From: Candidatus Altiarchaeota archaeon | GTDB lineage: Archaea > Altiarchaeota > Altiarchaeia > IMC4 > SCGC-AAA252-I15 | Direction: 5' to 3' | DNA length: 64,000 bases | NCBI GenBank assembly: GCA_043800255.1 | Contig: JAZDNF010000009.1 | Location: 192,001-256,000, forward strand | Shown: one piece after another, positions 8,491-18,755 of the stretch | How positions within the stretch are numbered: position 1 is the stretch's first letter | Layout of the letters: every line of letters begins with the position of its first letter | Program-made: the position numbers and the translations under genes | Notes under the pieces: generated by a model | Told to the model about the DNA's origin: nothing | Seen by the model: the letters and a program-made list of their open reading frames with translations, nothing else | The model's database searches: none

Positions 8491-8982
8491 ATGGTTGAGG
8501 TAAAACTGCGGGACGGTTCTAGGGTGAGGTTGAGGCCCATCAGAAAGGATGACGTTGGGGGGATGGTAGACCTCTTCCACAGGTTCAGCGAGGAGACCAT
8601 ACAGCAGAGGTTCTTCGAGAGCATCGAGGACATGACAGAGGAGAAAGCCCAGTATTATGTGAACGTTGACTACAAGGACACGTATGCGCTGGTCGCGGAA
8701 CTGCCGAGGAAGAAGCAGCTGATTGGAGTCGCCCGCTACATGGGCTCAGACGGCGAGGCCGAGTTTGCCATAGTAATAGCTGACGAGTGGCAGAACAGAG
8801 GCCTTGGGACGATAATGTTCAAACACCTTATCAGGATTGCAAGAGAGAACGGGCTGAAAAAGCTCATAGGGATAGTCTACAAGAGCAACCCGAGGATGAT
8901 ACACATCATAGAAAAGACTGGATTGCATTTGACAGTCTCGGAGGCCGACCGGGATGCGCTGGAGTTCGAGCTGCGACTGTAG
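8491..8982 (+). CDS. GNAT N-acetyltransferase (Pat/acyl-CoA synthetase-associated type)
   Basis: LRDGSRVRLRPI, IGVARY and AEFAIVIADEWQNRGLG. Confidence 0.9.
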   Translation: MVEVKLRDGSRVRLRPIRKDDVGGMVDLFHRFSEETIQQRFFESIEDMTEEKAQYYVNVDYKDTYALVAELPRKKQLIGVARYMGSDGEAEFAIVIADEWQNRGLGTIMFKHLIRIARENGLKKLIGIVYKSNPRMIHIIEKTGLHLTVSEADRDALEFELRL

Positions 8983-8988
8983 CTGACT

Positions 8989-11238
8989 CTAGTACCCCTC
9001 CAGTTCGAAGGTTTCCAGCTGCAGCGAGTCCACGTGGATGTGAGTCACCATTATAATCTGCCAGTCAGCGCCCATCTTGTTCAACGCCTCGCCCAGGACT
9101 TCCCTGTGGTCCTGGTCTAATGACCCGAAGGGCTCGTCGAGTATCAGAAGCCGGACAGGTGAGAGCATCTCTATCAGGGCTATCCTGAAGGCCACAGCCA
9201 GCTGCACCTTCTCCCCCCCGGATAGCTGGTCGAGCGATAGTGTGCCTGTTGTAGAGTTCAACCGTAGGTTATAGTCCTTGTCGAATTCAACGTCCCGGTA
9301 CGCTGGATTCTGGTTTATCCTCTTGAAGAAGTAGGTCAGCATATCCCCCAGACTCGAAACGTACCTGTCTCTCAAGTATTTGGGCAAGCCCTTGTCGGTG
9401 TGGAAGACGTCCCTCGCCTTGACAAGAAGCTTTATCCTCCTGCCAACCCTGTCCCTGTCCTCCAGAACCTGCAGGTAGTCCGCTATCCTGTTCTCGAGTT
9501 CGTCGACCTTCCCCTTAGTCTCCCTCATCTGGTACTCCGTCTGGGTCAGCTCAGATTTTATGTTGGATTTTTCCTCTATAAGGGAGTCCTTCTCCCCCGA
9601 AAGGCCGATGAACTCCGAATCATCATAGCTTAATGCCGCAATCTTCCTGCTGATCTCCTCCTCCTCCGTCTTCAGCTTGGAAAGAATCTGCGATAGAGAG
9701 TCCCGCTTGGACAGCAGCTCCCTTTCGGCGGCGACCTCGTCCTCAAGGATGCTGATCTTGCCCTCTGCGCTCTGGAGTTTCATTATGTTCTCCTCGACCT
9801 CCCTCAGGCTCTCCTGAGCGTAGCCTTCAAGGCTGAGCCTGCCTCCCACTTCGACTGCCCTCCGCTTAAGGTCTTCCAGTTCCCGGGTCTTCTCCTTTAT
9901 GGATTTCCTCAGTTCGTTAGCCCTCGCCTCCGCATCCCTCATCCCGTCCAACTCATCCCGGAACTTTCCGACAACCTCCCGGACGCCCTTAAGCTTGGCC
10001 TTAAGGTTAGCGTGCCTGGAATCGAGTTTCCTTATGTGCAGGTCCGCAGTCTGCTTCTCGGAGAATATGTGAACCTCGGATATCTTCTGACCGCACCGCG
10101 GGCATTTGGTCGCCTCAGTAAGCTCGTCCAGGCTCTGGCGGTAGCTCTTCTGCTGTTCGAGCTCGTGAGAGCATCTGGTGACGTCAGCCTGCAGGTTCTC
10201 CAGGATAACGCTGTTTGCGTCGAATTCCTTCCTCAGGTCTTCCTCTCTGGCAAGGACATAATTTATCTTCTCAAGCTCATCTTTCATGGAATCGATGCTG
10301 CCAATATCTTCCATGCGCTCTCCCAGCCTCGAAAGCTCGCCCAAAAGCTCCCTGAAACCCAGATACTTCTTGAGCGAGGACGCCTCGCCCCTGAGGCGTG
10401 CGAGCTCGCTCTTTTTCGAACCGACTGCTGCAAGCTCCCTCTCAACGGACTCGGCATCCTTCTTAAACCCGGCCTTGGAAACGTCAAACCTCGCTGACCT
10501 CTCCTTCAGCGACTCCAACTCCCTCTTCAGATTGGCAAACTCGTCAAGCCTCTCCTGCTTTCTTGCCAGCTTTTCGGAGATTGACTCAAGCTTCGCGTTC
10601 AGATTTGTTAAGTCGTTGCCGAGCTCCGCTATAAGCGACTTTAAGTTGGTAATCTCAACCGTGTACTCCTGCTGCAAATTCTCAGGATACTTTGCAAGCT
10701 GCTCGTCGAAGACGGTAAACCTCGCCTTCTCCTCCTTTATCTTCTCACCAGCAGACTGCCACACTCTCTCGAACCTGTCCAGCCCGAAGAGGGAGTCGAG
10801 CTCCTGCTTCCCGCCCTTCTGCTTCAGCCTGTCGACTATGGAAGTCAGCCCCCCCTGGGGGATGTAGAGGAGCCTGTCAAGGACGTTCTCGCTGAGCATG
10901 CTGTCAAGCGCCTCCGAGACGCTTGAGGGGTTGTCAGCCACAACATTATCGTCGCAGGACAGCTGGGCCCTGGAGGACTTGTCAACGCTCAGGCTCTTGT
11001 CGATCAGGTAATTTTTACCGTCCTTGGCGAATTCCAGCAGAACCCTGCTCTCCCTCGTACCGTTCTTTACCTTGCCCTTGTATCCGAGAGCGCTTGAGGC
11101 GAACGCGAACCTGATGGCCTCCAGTATGCTGCTCTTGCCCGCACCGTTCCTGCCCTCTATCTGAAGGCTCCGGGTCAGGTCTATTTCAAGCCTGCTGTGG
11201 CAAGCCCAGTTCGTTATCGTAAGCCTCCTCAGGCGCAT
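8989..11238 (-). CDS. rad50: Rad50/SbcC-like SMC ATPase
   Basis: Walker A GRNGAGKSS, Q-loop YIPQG, coiled coil, zinc hook CPRCG, signature LSGGE, Walker B LILDEP, H-loop VTH. Confidence 0.82.
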   Translation of the reverse strand: MRLRRLTITNWACHSRLEIDLTRSLQIEGRNGAGKSSILEAIRFAFASSALGYKGKVKNGTRESRVLLEFAKDGKNYLIDKSLSVDKSSRAQLSCDDNVVADNPSSVSEALDSMLSENVLDRLLYIPQGGLTSIVDRLKQKGGKQELDSLFGLDRFERVWQSAGEKIKEEKARFTVFDEQLAKYPENLQQEYTVEITNLKSLIAELGNDLTNLNAKLESISEKLARKQERLDEFANLKRELESLKERSARFDVSKAGFKKDAESVERELAAVGSKKSELARLRGEASSLKKYLGFRELLGELSRLGERMEDIGSIDSMKDELEKINYVLAREEDLRKEFDANSVILENLQADVTRCSHELEQQKSYRQSLDELTEATKCPRCGQKISEVHIFSEKQTADLHIRKLDSRHANLKAKLKGVREVVGKFRDELDGMRDAEARANELRKSIKEKTRELEDLKRRAVEVGGRLSLEGYAQESLREVEENIMKLQSAEGKISILEDEVAAERELLSKRDSLSQILSKLKTEEEEISRKIAALSYDDSEFIGLSGEKDSLIEEKSNIKSELTQTEYQMRETKGKVDELENRIADYLQVLEDRDRVGRRIKLLVKARDVFHTDKGLPKYLRDRYVSSLGDMLTYFFKRINQNPAYRDVEFDKDYNLRLNSTTGTLSLDQLSGGEKVQLAVAFRIALIEMLSPVRLLILDEPFGSLDQDHREVLGEALNKMGADWQIIMVTHIHVDSLQLETFELEGY

Positions 11239-11356
11239 AGTCTAATAATACGATTAATGGAATAAATGGATTTTAAGCCGAACGCCAAGCCATGCAAGAC
11301 GATGTTCTGCGATCATTTCCTCGATTCTTATTAAGCGGATATGATAGTTAAATGTC

Positions 11357-12319
11357 ATGGGATACTCGGTCATAGGCTATGATGAGAAGGGTTCAAGCGA
11401 GCTGAAGAATGCGACTATAGAGGATGCGAGCAAGCTTTCCGGGAAATTCTGGATAGACTGGACGAACCCGAAGAGGGATAATCTGAAGGAACTGGAAAAA
11501 CACTTCGGATTCCACCACCTCACACTGGATGACTGCATTCACGCAGTCCAGAGGCCTAAGGTTGAAGAGTACAAGGACCATTTCTTCCTCATAGCGATAG
11601 CGGTCAACTACAGGAACAATAGCAAGGTCGAAGGCGAGCAGATCGGGTTCTTCATCGGCAAGAATTATCTGGTAACCGTACATAAGAATGAGCTACCGTT
11701 GATAGAGAACACAAAGAAGGCGTTGCTGGAAAACAACCAACTCATACTCAGCAGAGGCCCCCGCTTCCTCATGTACCGGATATTGGACACGATCGTGGAC
11801 GAGTACTTCACCGTATTAGACGACATCGAGGACGACATATCAAAAGTCGAGAACGAGATCGTAAAAAAACCGACCAAGGTCACAGTACAGAGGATATTCA
11901 AGCTGAGGAAGGACCTCCTGCTTCTCAGGAAAATCGTGTGGCCCCTGAGGGAAGTCGTAAACCTGCTGCGGAGCAGCGGCCTGCCTAACATAAGCGAGGA
12001 GACCATGCACTACTACAGGGACTTATATGACCACGTCATACAGGTCATAGACCTGATTGAGACGTACAGGGAACTCCTTATAGGCGCGTTGGACACCTAC
12101 CTGTCCTCGGTCTCGAACGCCCTCAACGAGGTCATGAAGGTGCTCACAGTCATAACCGCGCTGATACTAGTCCCGACTTGGATAGCCGCAATCTATGGCA
12201 TGAACTTCAAGTACATGCCGGAACTGCAGTGGAAGTTCGGTTATCCTTTCGCACTCCTCCTGATGCTGGCGTCGATGATAGTGATGTGGATATACTTCAG
12301 GCGCAGAGGATGGGCCTAG
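11357..12319 (+). CDS. corA: magnesium/cobalt transporter CorA
   Basis: QRPKVEEY, YGMNF signature, MPEL loop and two C-terminal TM helices. Confidence 0.95.
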   Translation: MGYSVIGYDEKGSSELKNATIEDASKLSGKFWIDWTNPKRDNLKELEKHFGFHHLTLDDCIHAVQRPKVEEYKDHFFLIAIAVNYRNNSKVEGEQIGFFIGKNYLVTVHKNELPLIENTKKALLENNQLILSRGPRFLMYRILDTIVDEYFTVLDDIEDDISKVENEIVKKPTKVTVQRIFKLRKDLLLLRKIVWPLREVVNLLRSSGLPNISEETMHYYRDLYDHVIQVIDLIETYRELLIGALDTYLSSVSNALNEVMKVLTVITALILVPTWIAAIYGMNFKYMPELQWKFGYPFALLLMLASMIVMWIYFRRRGWA

Positions 12320-12329
12320 GTTCTTATTC

Positions 12330-13055
12330 TTAAATCCAGAAGAATAGGATCTTCAGCAGTAGGTTGAATATTATCTTGATCCAGCCTATGTAAGGCAGTC
12401 GTATCCAGCCTCTCGCCGTCAGCTGCCTGTCGTTTACAGGATAGGATATCCCGCCCCTGAACCCGCACTGGTCCGTGCCGGGGTTATTGTCACCCTTGGT
12501 TATGTAGAAGTTAAAGTCACCGCCTTCGGGGTAATCAGGATATGCGCAGTCTCCGCCGCTCTGGCAGTCTCTCACCATGCCAACGTAGTCCCCGACGTCA
12601 TCAGGGCTGATGCAGTCCAACGTGCCGCTGACGTTGCCGACAGAGTAATCCTCTATTGAGACGACACCCACAACACGGTGTATTATAGGCTCCGTCGATG
12701 CGAACATGTTCAGATGATCAAGGTCTCTTTTATAGATTACAACATCCCCCAAGCGCGTCTCCGGGAAGACACCATACTTGCCGGGAGAGACCGTGAATAT
12801 CATGTCACCCCTTGCGAAGCCCTTCTGGAAGCGGAACGACTCCAGAGTATCGTTGCCTATGCCATGTCCTGCCAGCCAGATGCTCCACCCCTCATCCAAG
12901 TGCAGCATGCTGCCGCTCGTCACCACCACCAGAGGCACAAGGGTCTGGGAGCCGAAACCCAGTCTGAGGACGACTATTATGACGCTGATCGTCACCAGCA
13001 CCTCAAAGGTGTCCTTAACCCACAACATTACCTGCTTTTTCAGCTCATTTAGCAT
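12330..13055 (-). CDS. archaeal signal peptidase I (S26/Sec11-like)
   Basis: TM then VVTSGSM, GDVVIY, PIIHRV, TKGDNN and RLPYIGW. Confidence 0.88.
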   Translation of the reverse strand: MLNELKKQVMLWVKDTFEVLVTISVIIVVLRLGFGSQTLVPLVVVTSGSMLHLDEGWSIWLAGHGIGNDTLESFRFQKGFARGDMIFTVSPGKYGVFPETRLGDVVIYKRDLDHLNMFASTEPIIHRVVGVVSIEDYSVGNVSGTLDCISPDDVGDYVGMVRDCQSGGDCAYPDYPEGGDFNFYITKGDNNPGTDQCGFRGGISYPVNDRQLTARGWIRLPYIGWIKIIFNLLLKILFFWI

Positions 13056-13113
13056 GTCAGCAACCAGACGATTTAAATAATTGCAAACCAATGAATATAA
13101 AATCAACATTAAC

Positions 13114-14250
13114 ATGAAATTCGATGAAATACGGAAGGCTGAGGCGAGATACTACTCAGGCGTCTTCTCAAGGTTCCCTGTGGCAGTTGAAAAAGGCAGG
13201 GGGATGTACGTATGGGATACTGACGGCAGGAAGTACCTGGACATGTTCTCAGGCATCGCCGTTAACTCGGTCGGCCACTGCCACCCCAAAGTCGTTGACG
13301 CGATAAAAAAGCAGGCTGAGACCCTGATACACGTATCGAACTGGTACTACACTGTCCCGCAGGTTCAACTGGCTGAAAAGCTTGCTAAGCTCACAGGACA
13401 GGAGAAGGTCTTCCTTACGAACGACGGGACAAGCGCCGTCGAGACTGCGATAAAGCTGGCGAGGAAGGCTAAAGGCAAGCCGGGGATAATAGCGATGGAG
13501 AACGCGTTCCACGGCAGAACCCTCGGCTCATTGAGTTTAACCTGGGGGGAGAAGTACAAAACCCCATTCAAGCCTCTCCTCGACGATGTGAAGTTCGTCC
13601 CATACAATGACGCGTCAAAAGTGGAGGAGGCGATAACGGACAAGACGGCGGCAGTCATAGTGGAGCCTATACAAGGCGAGGCCGGGGTTCTCATGCCAGA
13701 CAAAGGATACCTGAAGGAGCTGCGGCAGGTTGCTTCAGATAATGACGTGCTCCTGATTGTTGACGAGGTTCAGACCGGCTTCGGCAGGACAGGCGTCATG
13801 TTCGCCCACCAGAGGGATGGCATCAAACCAGACATACTGTGCCTATCCAAGGCGATGGGCTCAGGCCTGCCAATCGGGGCGGCAGTCTACTCAGGCTTCG
13901 ACTTCGAGCCTGGAGAGCACGGGGGCACGCTCATCGGAAACCCGGTGACCTGCGCAGCAGCGCTTGCCACGATAGATGTGATAGAGAAGGAGAAGCTGGT
14001 TGAGAACTCGAAGAAGATGGGCGATGCAATCGTCAAAAGGCTGAATGAGAACGGAGTGGACTGCAGGGGTGCTGGGCTCATGATAGGAGTCCCCGTCAAA
14101 GATGGCAGAAAGGTCGTCTCAAGCCTCATAGGGGAGAGCGTGCTGGCTGTCTACTCCAAAGATACCCTGAGGCTCCTGCCCCCCCTTATAATTAATGACG
14201 GACATGTTGACGAGTTCATGAAAGCATTTAAGAAGGTGATGGAATGGTAG
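13114..14250 (+). CDS. argD: acetylornithine aminotransferase (class III PLP)
   Basis: FHGRT, EPIQGEAG, DEVQTGFGRTG, SKAMGSG and LRLLPPL. Confidence 0.85.
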   Translation: MKFDEIRKAEARYYSGVFSRFPVAVEKGRGMYVWDTDGRKYLDMFSGIAVNSVGHCHPKVVDAIKKQAETLIHVSNWYYTVPQVQLAEKLAKLTGQEKVFLTNDGTSAVETAIKLARKAKGKPGIIAMENAFHGRTLGSLSLTWGEKYKTPFKPLLDDVKFVPYNDASKVEEAITDKTAAVIVEPIQGEAGVLMPDKGYLKELRQVASDNDVLLIVDEVQTGFGRTGVMFAHQRDGIKPDILCLSKAMGSGLPIGAAVYSGFDFEPGEHGGTLIGNPVTCAAALATIDVIEKEKLVENSKKMGDAIVKRLNENGVDCRGAGLMIGVPVKDGRKVVSSLIGESVLAVYSKDTLRLLPPLIINDGHVDEFMKAFKKVMEW

Positions 14251-14438
14251 ACAAGAAATTGATCTTAAGCATATACGAACTGCTCCCGCTGACGGACTGC
14301 GGACAGTGCAGCCTGAAAACGTGTAGGGAGTTCGCCGAAAAGGTCGCGCTCGGCGAAAAGAACGCATACGATTGCATTCCGATAGCGGAGGAGAATGCCG
14401 AGAAGATCATCCTCATAATGGATGACTATTTCAGGTAG
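14244..14438 (+). CDS. small Fe-S-binding protein
   Basis: LPxTDCGQCxxxxCxxFA...C, a four-Cys putative Fe-S domain. Confidence 0.8.
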   Translation: MVDKKLILSIYELLPLTDCGQCSLKTCREFAEKVALGEKNAYDCIPIAEENAEKIILIMDDYFR

Positions 14439-14442
14439 CAGG

Positions 14443-14931
14443 ATGATACTTGGAAGAGCTGAGATTCTGAGATTGACTGAAGAGGATGGCCTGATAGAGA
14501 ACTTCGACGAGAAGTGCCTGGAGAGCGCGGGATACGACCTCAGAGTCGACAGGATATATACGCTGGACAAGGCCTCCTCGATAAAGGTTTCGGCCGTTAA
14601 TCCGCCGGAGATAACCGAGGCCGACTTCGGCCTTTACGAGCTGAAGCCTGGCCAGTACATCCTACTAGAAACCTACGAGAAGGTTAACATGCCATCAGAC
14701 ATTGTAGGCAGGATACTGCCCAGGTCAAGCGTGTTCAGGTGCGGCTGCATGCTGGCAACGGCAGTCGTAGACCCAGGCTTCCACGGCACGCTAACCCTAG
14801 GCCTCAAGAACGTGTCATCTGCAGTCTTCAAGCTGGAGAGAAAAGCGAGGGTGGCCCAGATACTATTTGAGGAAGTCCGAGGGCTGACGAAACCCTATTC
14901 AGGAAGATACCAGGGCGGAAAGGTTGTTTAA
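14443..14931 (+). CDS. dCTP deaminase / archaeal dUTPase family
   Basis: AGYDLR, PRSS, VDPGFHG, RVAQ and YSGRYQG. Confidence 0.88.
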   Translation: MILGRAEILRLTEEDGLIENFDEKCLESAGYDLRVDRIYTLDKASSIKVSAVNPPEITEADFGLYELKPGQYILLETYEKVNMPSDIVGRILPRSSVFRCGCMLATAVVDPGFHGTLTLGLKNVSSAVFKLERKARVAQILFEEVRGLTKPYSGRYQGGKVV

Positions 14932-14936
14932 ATTTT

Positions 14937-17777
14937 ATGAGTAATATACTATTGATGCATCCAACATCAATCAGATTATTCCTGCTGCTTGCCGTACTAG
15001 TATCTGCAGCAGCTTCTGCCCAGATGATATTTGTTGGCGTCGAGAACATACCCCCCACAGTAGGACCTGTCAACGCCAAACCTGTCACCCTTACCCCAAG
15101 CAAACAGGAGACTGTCAACTGTTGGGCTATTGTCACGGACATGAACGGTTACGGCGATTTAACCCGTTTTGAGGGAATCCTGTGGAATCCTGCCCGCACA
15201 GACAGACTGGGCAGAGACGACAACAGGACACATTATACAACAAGGACTGGAACAGGTAACTTACTTTCTCAGCTGTCCTCGAACGTGACGATAGGATTCC
15301 AGGTTCACTCACAATCCGAGCCTGGCGAATGGTACTGCGAGCTCATCGCATACGATAACTCCACGAGCGGCAGCAATGTCACAAACATGACAATATTCTC
15401 GCTTGACTGCAACAACAGCAGGAAAGACGCCGGAGAGGTTCTGACAGACTGCGGAGGGAGTGACTGTCAGCCGTGCCTCCAAGGGACTAACCTTCAGTTA
15501 ACCAGTCTCACGGGGGAGACGGTAACCGGTCTTATTATAGTCCGCTCGAACACGCCAGACAGCATAAGGATCTCGACTGTTGACGCGACAAGACTGCAGT
15601 CTGACGTGAACTCGATAAGCAGGAGCAAGATGAGCATAACACCGTATAACATAACGCTGGGGCCCTACCAGGCAGCTAACTTTAGCGTCAGGATAGAGGT
15701 ACCATCGAACATAACCCCCGGAGTCTTCACATCCAACATAAGCTTCAGGACAGACTCGCTCCCTGAGTTGAGGGCAACCTTAACGCTCAACGTGAACGCG
15801 CCAATGATAGCGCCGAGCGTTTCCAACGTCAGGATAAGCTATCCGATAGTGCTGGAAGAGGATGCGACGACCAGCGTATACTGCAACGGCTCTGTGACAG
15901 ATTATAACGGCTTCGGCAGCATAGGCTCGATTGACGCCATTTTCGGCGCAGCAGGACAGCAGGCTGGGCGAATCCAGCTGGCATCAGACGGCAGCATCAT
16001 CAGCTACGTTCCAAGCAGCGTTAACATAACACAGGCTTCGAACACGACAGGCCTCGCCACCTTCCGCTTTGAACTGGAGCCCAACACGATGACAGGCACG
16101 TGGAGGTGCACGATAACAGCGGAGGACAACACAGGCTTGACAGGTTCAAACTACTCTGATGCAGAAGTATACGGCCAATCATGCAGCAACGGCATAAGGG
16201 ACGCGGACGAGGAGCTCGCAGACTGCGGGGGCGGATGCCAGCCATGCCTACTAGGACAGGACGTATACGTTGAGACGAGACCTGGGAGGAACGTTCAGCC
16301 TATAACAGAGCTAACATCATACGCCTCCCAGCCAATTGAAATCATAGGGTACAGCATCAGCGACATGGTTTCGGACACGGGTGTCATACCTTCAGAGAAC
16401 ATAGGCGTGACACCCCCGTCACTTATTCTGAACCCATATGAAAGACGCGAGATAACAGTGAGTATCGCAATACCCCATGAGTTAAACAAAAGTTACTATA
16501 ATGGGACGATTTCAGCCAACACCGGAGTGGGAATCAGCGCGGATATGAGATCATACGTTAACATACGGAGCAGAGGGGAAGGGTGGATAAACGTCTTGAC
16601 AGACTACACCTGCATCCGATATCCAGCCTATTTGACGGTACTGGATGAGGACAGCCTCCAGCCGATCGAGAACTCCTCCATATCAGTCTACTTCGGAGGC
16701 AGCCTGTACGCCGCATTGAGCTCTGACTCTGACGGCGAGGCGAAGTTCATCCCGGAATTCGCCGGGACATACAACGTCACAGTCGAGAAAGAAAGATACA
16801 ACACTGAAGAGACACTGCTGCAGGTCACAGTCTGCGCTGAAAACGAGATGTGCAGTGACGGCATACAAAACCAGGGTGAAAGTGGGATAGACTGCGGGGG
16901 GCCGTGCCCTAACATATGCAGCTTCTGCGAGGACGGCATACTAGATGAAGGCGAAGTCGAAGTGGACTGCGGGGGACCGTGCCCGCCATGCCAGTGCCAG
17001 AACGGCTTGAAAGACGGGTGGGAGGAGGGGATAGACTGCGGAGGGCCGTGCGCCCCCTGCCCGGAGATACCGAGAGTCTCGAAACTTGTGATATCAGCCA
17101 ACAATTACGTGAAAAAGGGGGATATCCTCGACATAAGAGTCCATGACGACCTTGGCAACCCCGCAGATGCGATCGTGAGGATAAAGAAGAGGGACGGGAG
17201 CCAGATCAAGGTCAGAACCGACTCAGAGGGCAGATACCTAATGAGAGTCAACGATGTCGGAAGCATCTCGGGGAAATATGGATTTGACGACCGCTTTCAG
17301 GTTGTCGGAGAGTGGACAGTAACAGCCTACAGAGCAGGTTACCTGCCGGGAGAGCTAAGGGTTATAATACTCGACCCTGCTGCAGCTACGTCCTCGATCT
17401 TTTTAGCGGTCATCCTCGGAGGAGCGATTATTTTCCTGCTCAGGAGAAGGTCGAAGACGTTGGTCGACTATAAGGCAGCCATCTACTTGGTCAGGGAAGA
17501 CAGATTGCAGGATTATCGGAGACTGTACGTTACCGAGGACACCTTTGACAGGCTTCCCCCTGAGATACCGAAGAAGCGCTTCAGGAGGGTTCAGCTCAGC
17601 CTGGAGGACATCGAAAACGCGGAGAACGTCTCAGAGGAGTATGGGATGGACCTGGACATTGCGAAACTGCTGGTTGCAGCCGAAAAGGCAAAAGCCAGGG
17701 AAGTTCTTCTGGTCTCCGAACCGTCTGCTGGTGTAAAGCAGAAATTTCACAGAATAAAAATCAGAGTCCTGGAGTAG
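14937..17777 (+). CDS. large cell-surface protein with Ig-like domains, Cys-rich DCGGxC repeats, a TM helix and a cytoplasmic tail
   Basis: Signal peptide, five CxxGxxDxxExxxDCGGxC-type repeats, many N-x-S/T sequons, TM followed by RRR. Confidence 0.85.
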   Translation: MSNILLMHPTSIRLFLLLAVLVSAAASAQMIFVGVENIPPTVGPVNAKPVTLTPSKQETVNCWAIVTDMNGYGDLTRFEGILWNPARTDRLGRDDNRTHYTTRTGTGNLLSQLSSNVTIGFQVHSQSEPGEWYCELIAYDNSTSGSNVTNMTIFSLDCNNSRKDAGEVLTDCGGSDCQPCLQGTNLQLTSLTGETVTGLIIVRSNTPDSIRISTVDATRLQSDVNSISRSKMSITPYNITLGPYQAANFSVRIEVPSNITPGVFTSNISFRTDSLPELRATLTLNVNAPMIAPSVSNVRISYPIVLEEDATTSVYCNGSVTDYNGFGSIGSIDAIFGAAGQQAGRIQLASDGSIISYVPSSVNITQASNTTGLATFRFELEPNTMTGTWRCTITAEDNTGLTGSNYSDAEVYGQSCSNGIRDADEELADCGGGCQPCLLGQDVYVETRPGRNVQPITELTSYASQPIEIIGYSISDMVSDTGVIPSENIGVTPPSLILNPYERREITVSIAIPHELNKSYYNGTISANTGVGISADMRSYVNIRSRGEGWINVLTDYTCIRYPAYLTVLDEDSLQPIENSSISVYFGGSLYAALSSDSDGEAKFIPEFAGTYNVTVEKERYNTEETLLQVTVCAENEMCSDGIQNQGESGIDCGGPCPNICSFCEDGILDEGEVEVDCGGPCPPCQCQNGLKDGWEEGIDCGGPCAPCPEIPRVSKLVISANNYVKKGDILDIRVHDDLGNPADAIVRIKKRDGSQIKVRTDSEGRYLMRVNDVGSISGKYGFDDRFQVVGEWTVTAYRAGYLPGELRVIILDPAAATSSIFLAVILGGAIIFLLRRRSKTLVDYKAAIYLVREDRLQDYRRLYVTEDTFDRLPPEIPKKRFRRVQLSLEDIENAENVSEEYGMDLDIAKLLVAAEKAKAREVLLVSEPSAGVKQKFHRIKIRVLE

Positions 17778-17810
17778 CAGGTTAAATGAGAGTGATGTGA
17801 ATAATTAGCA

Positions 17811-18743
17811 ATGAAAGAGAAGAGGATACTGTTAGCCGAGATAGCTGCCTTACTCCTTTTGGCAATTTCCGTAACGGCAACCGGGGACGTCTCTCTGACT
17901 GTTGAGATAGAGAACATACCGCCAGAGGTAGGTAGGATAACAGTAAATGACCTGGTGCTTTCCGAAAACGGGACTAATAGGGTAACCTGTGATGCGCAGG
18001 TGAGCGACAAGAACGGTAACAGTGACATATTGGACGTTAAGAGCGTGCTCTGGCATTCAGCACTGTCGGTTGAGGATGGTTCAGACAACGACACCATACA
18101 CTACAGCCTTAACGAATCGGTCTCGTCTGTGGATTCCGCGCTGGCGAAGAATGTGACATTCGCCTATGACATAGGATTGACCGCAGAACCTGGAGAATGG
18201 CTGTGCAGGATAACAGCCTACGACAACCATACGGCAGGCAGCAATCACTCATTAGCCAATGTCTATCCAATAATATGCTCGAACGGGATGCTCGACCCGG
18301 AGGAGGTTGACGTGGACTGCGGGTGGCCTTGCCCGCCATGCCCGGTAACTTCGCCGATACCCCAGCTCAGGATCTCGACTGATAAGGTAGCGGTCGTTGG
18401 CGATATACTGGAGGTGAAGGTGACCGACGAGAGGAGCAGGCCTGTCAAGACGGAGATAACGATCATCATGTCAGACGGCAAGACGATCGACCTTCAGACA
18501 AACCCTGAGGGAAAAGCATACGTCAAGGTTGAAGAGGCCGGGGCTCTTAAGAAGACAAGATTCGAGGAGAACATTTTCATGCTTGGAAGGTGGAAGATCG
18601 AGGCGGAACGGAGGGACTACCTGCCAGTCGACCTTCAGATACTGGTGGTGAACCCCGTAAGCGTTTCCACGACAATCCTGACCGCGTTGATACTGGTTAT
18701 AATTGCCATCAGCGTGTATCATCCAAAGAAGAAAGCAGATTAG
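17811..18743 (+). CDS. shorter paralog of the preceding surface protein
   Basis: Shared ENIPP..V, EPGEWxC...AYDN, one DCGxPC repeat and a C-terminal TM. Confidence 0.85.
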   Translation: MKEKRILLAEIAALLLLAISVTATGDVSLTVEIENIPPEVGRITVNDLVLSENGTNRVTCDAQVSDKNGNSDILDVKSVLWHSALSVEDGSDNDTIHYSLNESVSSVDSALAKNVTFAYDIGLTAEPGEWLCRITAYDNHTAGSNHSLANVYPIICSNGMLDPEEVDVDCGWPCPPCPVTSPIPQLRISTDKVAVVGDILEVKVTDERSRPVKTEITIIMSDGKTIDLQTNPEGKAYVKVEEAGALKKTRFEENIFMLGRWKIEAERRDYLPVDLQILVVNPVSVSTTILTALILVIIAISVYHPKKKAD

Positions 18744-18755
18744 GGACAGTCCAGA

